Source: Rikenella microfusus | GTDB lineage: Bacteria; Bacteroidota; Bacteroidia; Bacteroidales; VadinHA17 | Direction of reading: 5' to 3' | DNA length: 64,000 nucleotides | Assembly (NCBI GenBank): GCA_022736275.1 | Contig: DZBJ01000003.1 | Location: 6,727-70,726, forward strand | Shown here: positions 17,461-25,346 of the stretch, piece by piece | How positions within the stretch are numbered: the first letter of the stretch is position 1 | Layout of the letters: each line of letters begins with the position of its first letter | The notes under the pieces: model-generated | What the model saw: the letters and a program-made list of their open reading frames with translations, nothing else | What the model was told of the DNA's origin: nothing | Database searches by the model: none | Program-made: the position numbers and the translations under genes

Positions 17461-18654
17461 ATGGAGCATGTCAGCAGGAGAGTGCAGTCGCTCTCGGTAT
17501 CGCAGACTCTTGCCATGTCGCAGAAGAGTCAGGAACTCAAGGAGCAGGGTATTGACGTAATCAGCCTCAGCCTCGGTGAGCCTGATTTCAACACTCCTGA
17601 TGATATCAAGGAGGCAGCCAAAAAGGCAATAGATGACAACTTTTCGTTCTATTCCCCCGTGCCCGGATATCCGGATCTTAGGAAGGCAATATCCCGGAAA
17701 TTCAAGGAGGAGAACGGACTTGACTATTCACCTGAACAGATAATCGTTTCGGCAGGAGGAAAGCATACCCTGATGAACGTGGTTCTGTCTGTGGTAGACC
17801 CCGGAGAGGAAGTTATCCTGCTCGCCCCGTACTGGGTCAGTTACCTTGATCACATCACCTTTGCCGAGGGCAAGCCAGTGATAATTCAGACAACCATTGA
17901 GAGCGACTTCAAGGTAACGCCGGAACAGCTTGAGGCGGCCATCACACCAAAGACCCGCCTGCTGATCTTCAATTCGCCCTCAAACCCCACCGGGATGGTC
18001 TATACACGCGAGGAAATGGCAGCTCTTGTAATGGTGATAGAAAAATTCCCGCAGGTCATTGTCATCTCCGACGAGATTTATGAACACATTACCTTCACCG
18101 GCAAGCACATCAGCCTGGCAACATTCAGTTCGATAACCGACAGGGTAGTGACTGTCAATGGTGTTTCGAAAGGTTATGCCATGACGGGCTGGAGGATAGG
18201 CTACATGGGAGCCCCGCTCTGGCTGGCGAAGGCCTGCAACAAACTGCAGGGCCAGTTCACCTCCGGAGTATGCTCCATAGCACAGCGGGCTGCCCTGGCG
18301 GCAGTGAGCTCGAAAAGCGACTCCAAGGAGAAGATGCGTGAGGCATTCCTTCGTCGCAGGGACCTGATATGCAGCCTGCTCGGAGAGATACCCGGACTGA
18401 AGGTCAGAGTGCCCCAGGGTGCATTCTACGTCATGCCTGACATCAGCTCATTCATTGGCAAGAACTTTAACGGCCAGGTGATGAAGGATGCCGATGATCT
18501 GACATTCTTCCTTCTTGCGGAGGCACGGGTAGCTATGGTCAGCGGAACTGCATTCGGCGCAGATAAGTGCATACGGATATCATATGCCACCTCTGATGAC
18601 AAAATCACGGAGGCGGTGCGCCGGATAAAGGAGGCACTGGGGAAATTACAGTAA
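17461..18654 (+). CDS. Class-I PLP-dependent aminotransferase (aspartate aminotransferase-like)
   Basis: Motifs LSLGEPDF, NSPSNPTG and SKGYAMTGWRIGY (PLP-Lys). The ORF track starts at a TTG at 17422. I prefer the ATG at 17461 (MEHVSRR...). Confidence 0.85.
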   Translation: MEHVSRRVQSLSVSQTLAMSQKSQELKEQGIDVISLSLGEPDFNTPDDIKEAAKKAIDDNFSFYSPVPGYPDLRKAISRKFKEENGLDYSPEQIIVSAGGKHTLMNVVLSVVDPGEEVILLAPYWVSYLDHITFAEGKPVIIQTTIESDFKVTPEQLEAAITPKTRLLIFNSPSNPTGMVYTREEMAALVMVIEKFPQVIVISDEIYEHITFTGKHISLATFSSITDRVVTVNGVSKGYAMTGWRIGYMGAPLWLAKACNKLQGQFTSGVCSIAQRAALAAVSSKSDSKEKMREAFLRRRDLICSLLGEIPGLKVRVPQGAFYVMPDISSFIGKNFNGQVMKDADDLTFFLLAEARVAMVSGTAFGADKCIRISYATSDDKITEAVRRIKEALGKLQ

Positions 18655-18759
18655 ATCGTCTCAGATAAACGGTTCAATATTCAAATACCGTTCTCGCTCT
18701 GCCGGCCTCTGATCAGGCTGAGCATCCCCTTCCCATCAATCATTCCGGAATCAGTCAGA

Positions 18760-19335
18760 TCAATAGTTCTGGGCAAATACTTCGAAGTAATTGAAGGGAT
18801 GGAGGCATGCCGGGCAGTTCTTGAGAGGCTTGGTGCCAAAGTGAACATACCCGCACTTACGGCAGTACCAGAAGATCTTCTCCTCACGTTCAAAGACTTT
18901 GTTGCCCATCACGTTGGCCAGAAGCTTCCTGTACCTCTCCTCATGCACCTTTTCTGCAGATGAGATGGCTTTGAAACAGGTTGCTATCTCCTTGAAGCCC
19001 TCTTCTTCAGCTACCTTTGCAAATGACGGGTAGAGTTCAGCCCATTCTTCATGTTCGCCTTCTGCGGCTGCCTCGAGGTTTTTGCTGGTGGTAGAGGTCT
19101 TGCCTGCCGGGTAGGCAGCTGTGATCTCAACCATACCTCCCTCGAGATAACTGAAGAATCGCTTTGCATGCTGCTGCTCCTGCAGTGCCGTCTCAAGAAA
19201 GATGGCGGCTATCTGTTCATAGCCCTCTTCCTTTGCCACCTTGGCTGCAAATTCATAACGGTTCTTTGCCTGTGATTCGCCGGCAAATGCCTTCAGGAGA
19301 TTCTTCTCCGTACGGGTTCCTTTTATACCTTCCAT
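18760..19335 (-). CDS. rbr: Rubrerythrin
   Basis: 191 aa. A ferritin-like di-iron domain with E..H motifs is followed by a C-terminal rubredoxin-type CRKCG...CPAC. Confidence 0.9.
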   Translation of the reverse strand: MEGIKGTRTEKNLLKAFAGESQAKNRYEFAAKVAKEEGYEQIAAIFLETALQEQQHAKRFFSYLEGGMVEITAAYPAGKTSTTSKNLEAAAEGEHEEWAELYPSFAKVAEEEGFKEIATCFKAISSAEKVHEERYRKLLANVMGNKVFEREEKIFWYCRKCGYVHFGTKPLKNCPACLHPFNYFEVFAQNY

Positions 19336-19471
19336 TTTTTTATGATTAGATTGTTTTTATGGTTTATCCAGCGTTAAAAATAGAAATTTAATTTGATGAA
19401 GCAAAGCTGCAGAACTCCATGAACAAGATATTTGAGTACCTGCAGGCCGAAAGCGGACCCATGCATGATGT

Positions 19472-20104
19472 TCAGCCCTGTTTCCTTTTAATGAACTTTT
19501 TCTCCTCGCCTTTCAGAAGCCTTGAAATGTTTTTGGAATGGGTCAGTACCACGGCCACGGCGACCACAACAGCGAATATCTTAAACATGACTGACGGGGT
19601 ATGAAATACCGTCATGAGGAGCACAGGGAACATTATGACCGAGATCATCGAGCCGAGCGACACATAACCTGATATCAGCAGCATAACCAGGAATATGCCT
19701 GCACATGTAAGTGTCAGCCATGGCTGCAGGGCAAGGAGCACTCCGAAGGTGGTCGCTACGCCCTTGCCTCCGCGGAATCCGGCGAAGAGAGGGAAGACAT
19801 GGCCCAGAATGGCAGCCATGCCGCAAACAATCTGCAGCACAGTCATCTGTTCCGATCCGTGCGGGGCGGCATCAAGGAAGAGAGGAAGCGAGGCCGCAAG
19901 CCATCCCTTGAATAGATCAAACAGCAGAACAGGGATGCCGGTCTTCCATCCGAGAACCCTCACGGTGTTGGTTGCACCGGCATTGCCGCTGCCATGTTCC
20001 CTGACATCAATTCCGTGAAAAACCTTTCCTGCCCACACTGCACTTGGTATGGATCCGGCAAGATATGCCAGCACGATTGCCAGCAGTGATAAGGTGATAA
20101 CCAT
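19472..20104 (-). CDS. plsY: Glycerol-3-phosphate acyltransferase PlsY
   Basis: 210 aa polytopic protein with GSGNAGATN and FKGGKGVAT motifs. Confidence 0.9.
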   Translation of the reverse strand: MVITLSLLAIVLAYLAGSIPSAVWAGKVFHGIDVREHGSGNAGATNTVRVLGWKTGIPVLLFDLFKGWLAASLPLFLDAAPHGSEQMTVLQIVCGMAAILGHVFPLFAGFRGGKGVATTFGVLLALQPWLTLTCAGIFLVMLLISGYVSLGSMISVIMFPVLLMTVFHTPSVMFKIFAVVVAVAVVLTHSKNISRLLKGEEKKFIKRKQG

Positions 20105-20114
20105 ATGTTTTGTG

Positions 20115-21761
20115 TTACGGCTTTGGACCCGAAGATACGAGTTTTGCCGTTTCGGTGTTTGATGTGAACCTGCTGAAGTTCTTTATGAATTTTTCTGCAA
20201 GTGACCTGGCAGCCTGGTCCCATGCCTCACCGCTGACCCATGCCGTGCGGGGGTCAAGCAGCTCAGACGCCACCCCCGGTACCTCCAGTGGTATGTCAAG
20301 GTTGAATACCGGCAGGGTTACGAATCTGGCTTGATCAAGTGATCTGTTCAGGATGGCATCGATGATATTCCTGGTTGAGGGGAGATCAATTCGTTTTCCC
20401 GTTCCGTAAGGCCCGCCGGTCCACCCGGTGTTTACCAGCCATGCCTCAGCCCCATGCGCCCTCATCTTACGCGTGAGTTCACGGGCATAGATCAGCGGAT
20501 CAAGCAGCAGGAAGGCTGCCCCGAAACAGGCTGAGAAGGAGGGCTGGGGTTCAATGATACCCCGCTCGGTGCCCGCCAGCTTGGCTGTATATCCGCTCAG
20601 AAAATAATACTGTGTCTGCTCCTCTGTCAGCCTGGCAACAGGAGGAAGCACCCCAAAGGCATCGGCCGAGAGGAAGATGACAGTCTTCGCATGCCCTGCC
20701 CTTGATACCGGACTGACAATATTGTCAATATGGAAGATGGGGTAGGAGACCCTTGTGTTCTCAGTCTTGGCGGCACTGGTGAATTCAATTCTTCCCTCAG
20801 TGTCAACCACCACATTCTCAAGCAGCGCATCGCGCCGTATGGCCCTGTATATGTCTGGCTCGTGCTCCCTGCTCAGGTTGATGCACTTGGCGTAACATCC
20901 ACCTTCAAAGTTAAAGACCCCGGCATCATCCCAGCCATGCTCATCGTCTCCTATAAGAGCCCTCTCAGGGTCTGTTGAGAGAGTGGTCTTGCCGGTGCCG
21001 GAGAGGCCGAAGAAGATGGCAACATCACCCTTCTTCCCTACATTGGCAGAGCAGTGCATGGCTGCAACTCCCTTAAGCGGCAGGTAGTAATTCATTACCG
21101 AGAAGATGCCTTTCTTCATCTCTCCGCCGTACCACGAGCCTCCAATGAGAGCCATGTTCTCCGTAAGGTTGAAGAGTACAAAATTCTCTGAATGCATGCC
21201 GAACCGTTCCCATTCCGCGTTAACAGCCTTTGATGCCATCAGCACCACGAAACCGGGGACAAAAGTCTCAAGTTCATCCTCCGTTGGCCTGATGAACATG
21301 TTCTTGACAAAATGAGCCTGCCAGGCTACCTCCATGATGAACCTGACATTGATGCGGGTGTCGCGATTTGCTCCGCTGTAACAGTCGACCACGTAAAGTT
21401 TCTTCCCTGACAGCTGCCTGACAGCTATCTGCCTGCAGTGTTCCCATGCCTCGGCACTGAGAGACTTGTTATCCGAAACAGTGGCTGTCTCAGACCTCCA
21501 CCAAACCGTATTCTCTGTCTTGCTGTCACGTACAACGTACTTGTCTTTGGGTGACCTGCCGGTAAAGACCCCGGTATCGACCGCCACGGATCCTGTGTCT
21601 GTCAGTATACCTCTTTCAAATCCTGTCAGTTCGGACGAAAGTTCATCGTCATATAGCCGCTCATAGGATGGATTGTACACCAATTCTTTCACTCCGGCAA
21701 TACCGTATTGCTTTAAGATTTCTTCTGACATCATGGTTCTGGTGGTTTTGAAGTCCATCAA
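20115..21761 (-). CDS. pckA: Phosphoenolpyruvate carboxykinase (ATP)
   Basis: 548 aa with [13 protein letters not shown] (kinase-1a), IGDDEHGW and NTGW. The true start may be the internal Met at 21734. Confidence 0.95.
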   Translation of the reverse strand: MMDFKTTRTMMSEEILKQYGIAGVKELVYNPSYERLYDDELSSELTGFERGILTDTGSVAVDTGVFTGRSPKDKYVVRDSKTENTVWWRSETATVSDNKSLSAEAWEHCRQIAVRQLSGKKLYVVDCYSGANRDTRINVRFIMEVAWQAHFVKNMFIRPTEDELETFVPGFVVLMASKAVNAEWERFGMHSENFVLFNLTENMALIGGSWYGGEMKKGIFSVMNYYLPLKGVAAMHCSANVGKKGDVAIFFGLSGTGKTTLSTDPERALIGDDEHGWDDAGVFNFEGGCYAKCINLSREHEPDIYRAIRRDALLENVVVDTEGRIEFTSAAKTENTRVSYPIFHIDNIVSPVSRAGHAKTVIFLSADAFGVLPPVARLTEEQTQYYFLSGYTAKLAGTERGIIEPQPSFSACFGAAFLLLDPLIYARELTRKMRAHGAEAWLVNTGWTGGPYGTGKRIDLPSTRNIIDAILNRSLDQARFVTLPVFNLDIPLEVPGVASELLDPRTAWVSGEAWDQAARSLAEKFIKNFSRFTSNTETAKLVSSGPKP

Positions 21762-21861
21762 AGTTAATAATATTAAGTATTATGACACCCTGAAAAAAAT
21801 CAGATCCTATGCTGCAAAAAAAATGTCCTTTTGGCTGTCCGGACTGAATAGCTATCTTTGA

Positions 21862-22797
21862 ATGGTAATACAAAACGAAATGAGAATAAAAGGTTCACTG
21901 TTGCTTCTGGCCCTCACACTGACCGTTTCTGCCCAGGAAATGAGGGTAAAGGGAGTGAGCAGAGTCAGACCTGAAGATAACGGGTCGTATCTTCTGACAG
22001 GCGTCGTCCCGGGGTCATCTTTTCTACTGGTTACAGGTGATGGTTACAAGGGGCTTTCGATGCTCAACACCCGCCGGGGAAGGCTAACCGTTATCAGCAC
22101 CGATCCGGGCGCCGGATATGAGCCCGCCGTAACGGCTGACGGTCAGAGGGTAATTTTCCGAACTGACAATATATCATATAACAGGAAATACTCGTCGGTA
22201 TATAGTTATGATATCAGGACACGGGACAGGAAACTCATGATGGATGCGGAGAGAGGTGTTCTGCCGCCGGCAGTATCAGGAAATGCCGTGCTCCTGAAAT
22301 CAGACGGTGAGACACGCATTGAAAATCCCGCTGCGGAGTCACTCAAATCGACAGGCGATGAGCTTTTTGTAGTAATAGAGGAGATGACACCGGTCCTTTA
22401 CCGTGGCGGTGAGAGAATGCCACTGAAGCCCAGCGGGGAGGGATACTATATATGGGTGTCACTTTCGCCAGACGGGTCGATGATACTCTACAATTTTCAG
22501 GGCAGGGATACCTATATTTGCGATACCGGAGGCAAGGTGCTGCATGACCTGGGTCGTGTCAATGCACCCCGATGGCTTGACAACCGGATCGTCATCGGGA
22601 TGGATGACAGGGATGACGGACATATGATAACTTCGTCAGAGCTGGTTTACTATTCGCTTCCTGACAGGAAAAGGAGTGTGCTCACGGATACGGAAAACAG
22701 GTCGGAAATGTTCCCTTACTCATTTGACGGGGGTAGGAAGATTGCATTCTCCACTGACAATGGTGAGATCTTTGTAATGAAAATAAGTATCAGATGA
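21862..22797 (+). CDS. Secreted TolB-like/beta-propeller-repeat protein (hypothetical)
   Basis: 311 aa with a signal peptide. Repeated segments such as PAVTADGQRVIF and LSPDGSMILY resemble TolB/WD40-like repeats. It overlaps the next gene by 4 nt. Confidence 0.5.
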   Translation: MVIQNEMRIKGSLLLLALTLTVSAQEMRVKGVSRVRPEDNGSYLLTGVVPGSSFLLVTGDGYKGLSMLNTRRGRLTVISTDPGAGYEPAVTADGQRVIFRTDNISYNRKYSSVYSYDIRTRDRKLMMDAERGVLPPAVSGNAVLLKSDGETRIENPAAESLKSTGDELFVVIEEMTPVLYRGGERMPLKPSGEGYYIWVSLSPDGSMILYNFQGRDTYICDTGGKVLHDLGRVNAPRWLDNRIVIGMDDRDDGHMITSSELVYYSLPDRKRSVLTDTENRSEMFPYSFDGGRKIAFSTDNGEIFVMKISIR

Positions 22798-25217
22798 AGG
22801 GACGGATCGGATTGTTGTTTTTGACTCTGCTTGCATTCTGCCAGGTCTCAGTGAACGGACAGAAGGCCGATTTCACCGGGATTAAAATCTTCGTGAATCC
22901 GGGGCACGGCGGTTATGACGGTGACGACAGGCACATGCTGGCAACCGACTTCTGGGAGTCTGAGGGGAACCTGGTGAAGGGGTTATTTCTGAGAGATCTT
23001 CTGCAAGCCCGCAATGCAATGGTTTACATGTCGCGTACTACCAACTATACCTCCGATGACCTGCCTCTTTCAACGATAGCGACTATGGCCAACACCGCCA
23101 ATGCCGATATTTTTATTTCAATACACAGCAACGGCTTTGACGGCACCCGCAACCAGCCGCTGGTTCTCTTCCGGGGATATGACAACCAGCCGGTCTATTC
23201 AGGGGCAAAGGTCATGGCAGAGATACTATGGGAGAAGCTCTTTGAGAAAAGCAACTGCTGGACACATACCTTCGAGTGGGTCAAGGGCGACTGGACATTC
23301 TACCCCGATTGGGGCACCCAGGGTCTTGGGGTCCTCAGAACCCTTAATATGCCCGGTGTGCTTTCTGAAGGATCATTTCATGATTATGTACCGGAGGGAT
23401 GGAGGCTGCGCAACAACAACCACCTGCACCATGAGGCATGGGCAATGCTCCGTGCCCTGGCCGAGTATGAAAATGTCACCCCTGAACCAACCGGGATAAT
23501 TGCCGGTACAGTCAGAGACAAGCTGACCTCACCGGAGTACTATTTCAAGCCGGGAACAAAGGACGAGGCAATCCCGATCAACAATGTAACGGTCACCCTG
23601 CTTCCGGGTAATATCTCCGTCACGACAGACAACCTGAACAACGGATTCTTCATGTTCGATTCGCTTGCTCCGGGGAATTACGAGATTATATGCAGCGGCC
23701 TTTCCGATTTCTTTAATGATACTTTAACCTCCACCGTTCTTGCCGGCAAGACGACACTGGCAGATTTCCTACCTCAGTTTGATACGATAAAAGTACCTGT
23801 TGTGACTGGAATGCTGCCATCGACTGCCGACAGCATCCCGTTTAACCAGGAGTTCACTTTTACCTTTAATATCCCCATGGACAGGAACAAGGTTCAGGCA
23901 GCCCTGGTGACAGAACCGGCCGTCAGTCTACTCTTCCAGTGGGATGCCAAAAGCAGGGTGATGACGGTTAGGCCCGAGGCCGGCTTTGCCAGCAAGACCT
24001 CCTATTTAATGAAACTTACGACAGGCACGTGTTCACAATGGAATGTGCCGCTGCAGGCTGATTACCAGGTCACTTTCGTGACAAAATCCCGCACAAGGCT
24101 TTTGACAGAAAAGATATGGCCCTCAGCCTCGCTGACCGGAGTGACCCTCTACCCGAGAATCACAGTCTGTTTTGACGCGCCCGTGAATCACACCTCCGCC
24201 ACTGAGGGCATCAGGCTTCTGAACATCGGGTCGGTGGCACAGGCAAAGGTGCGGGAGATATTTACCACTTCCGGCGGCAAGGGATCATACAGCTTTGAGC
24301 TGGCTGAGGCACTTCAGCTGAACAGTAACTATCGCATTGTCATGGATGCCGGTGTAAAGGATCTGGCAGGCGTTACTCTCGGTACGGCTGCCGAGATCTC
24401 ATTTGCCACCCGCACCAAATCATACCACGGCGGAAGCGTTGTGGAGTCATTTGACAATACTTCGGCCTTCTGGGATCCCGAGACCAGCGGAAGCACCGTT
24501 GGAACGGACAACCCTCTGACCACATTCACGGCATCGCATGATATATACAGAGTCGGTCCGCCATCTGGAAAACTCAACTATGTCTTTACAGGAGATGAGG
24601 GCGGGGTGTGCAGGGTCTTTGACACCGCCAAGCCCGGTATAGGCAGCAATACGAGCCAGCTCTTCGCAATGTGGGTCTGCGGAGACCTAAGTAACAACTA
24701 TCTCGAATACTGGTTCTACTCACCTGGATATGTCAATCAGATAGTGGCCGCCGCAACCATAAACTGGGCGGGATGGGACCTCATCTCAATTCCTGTCAGC
24801 AGTATCGGAGGAAGCGGTGAATGGCAGTATCACAGCGTTGTGGTGAGACAGTCAGCGGACGGATCCGGGAGTGGTACGATGTACTTTGACGATGCAATGC
24901 TCATCACACCAACAGGTATTGATGATCCCACAGACGCCGGTCCGGACCTGGTCATCTATCCCAATCCCCTCCTGACACAGGGGAGAGTGACCTTCTTCCT
25001 GCAGTCGCCTTCTCAGACCGAACTCAACATCTACTCATCCGAAGGCAGTCTGGTTGCAAACCTCTTCAGCGGTCGCCGTGGATCAGGTCCTCAGACAATT
25101 GAGTGGATCCCGGGCTCTGCACTGGCCCCTGGCGTCTACACCCTCAGGCTCAGCCTGCAGGAGGAGGGGAAGACCGGCTGGCAGCACACCTCCAGGAGGT
25201 GGGTCGTCGTAAAATAA
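22794..25217 (+). CDS. N-acetylmuramoyl-L-alanine amidase (Amidase_3) with Ig-like domains and a T9SS C-terminal sorting domain
   Basis: 807 aa. The amidase core reads IFVNPGHGGYDGDD...IFISIHSNG. A carboxypeptidase-regulatory-like segment (GTVRD...GNYEI) and SbsA-Ig-like repeats follow. The C-terminus LVIYPNPLLTQGRVTFF...GVYTLRL is typical of a T9SS CTD. Confidence 0.8.
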   Translation: MKGRIGLLFLTLLAFCQVSVNGQKADFTGIKIFVNPGHGGYDGDDRHMLATDFWESEGNLVKGLFLRDLLQARNAMVYMSRTTNYTSDDLPLSTIATMANTANADIFISIHSNGFDGTRNQPLVLFRGYDNQPVYSGAKVMAEILWEKLFEKSNCWTHTFEWVKGDWTFYPDWGTQGLGVLRTLNMPGVLSEGSFHDYVPEGWRLRNNNHLHHEAWAMLRALAEYENVTPEPTGIIAGTVRDKLTSPEYYFKPGTKDEAIPINNVTVTLLPGNISVTTDNLNNGFFMFDSLAPGNYEIICSGLSDFFNDTLTSTVLAGKTTLADFLPQFDTIKVPVVTGMLPSTADSIPFNQEFTFTFNIPMDRNKVQAALVTEPAVSLLFQWDAKSRVMTVRPEAGFASKTSYLMKLTTGTCSQWNVPLQADYQVTFVTKSRTRLLTEKIWPSASLTGVTLYPRITVCFDAPVNHTSATEGIRLLNIGSVAQAKVREIFTTSGGKGSYSFELAEALQLNSNYRIVMDAGVKDLAGVTLGTAAEISFATRTKSYHGGSVVESFDNTSAFWDPETSGSTVGTDNPLTTFTASHDIYRVGPPSGKLNYVFTGDEGGVCRVFDTAKPGIGSNTSQLFAMWVCGDLSNNYLEYWFYSPGYVNQIVAAATINWAGWDLISIPVSSIGGSGEWQYHSVVVRQSADGSGSGTMYFDDAMLITPTGIDDPTDAGPDLVIYPNPLLTQGRVTFFLQSPSQTELNIYSSEGSLVANLFSGRRGSGPQTIEWIPGSALAPGVYTLRLSLQEEGKTGWQHTSRRWVVVK

Positions 25218-25220
25218 AAA

Positions 25221-25250
25221 GTCCTCAGTCTACAGTCTTCAGTCCACAGT
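25221..25250. repeat. Heptanucleotide tandem repeat (cagtcNN)
   Basis: Reads gtcct cagtcta cagtctt cagtcca cagt, starting 4 nt after the stop codon. The core cagtc is the reverse complement of the gactg core in 25268-25292. Confidence 0.85.
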
Positions 25251-25267
25251 TAATCAATTACTTATAT

Positions 25268-25292
25268 ACTGCCGACTGCTGACTGCCGACTA
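25268..25292. repeat. Heptanucleotide tandem repeat (ctgcYga), second copy of the 14515-14535 21-mer
   Basis: Reads a ctgccga ctgctga ctgccga cta. Bases 25268-25288 are identical to 14515-14535. Confidence 0.9.
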
Positions 25293-25299
25293 AACAAAG

Positions 25300-25325
25300 A
25301 GGAGGCTCCAAACGTGCCTCCTTTT
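25300..25325. terminator. Bidirectional terminator between the T9SS amidase gene and ppdK
   Basis: Stem aggaggc (25300-25306) / gcctcct (25316-25322) with a 9-nt loop. The following T-run on the plus strand (25322-25325) shares its first T with the stem end. The minus strand has a T-rich tail. Confidence 0.6.
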
Positions 25326-25346
25326 CCTTGATTATATGGATCCAGT

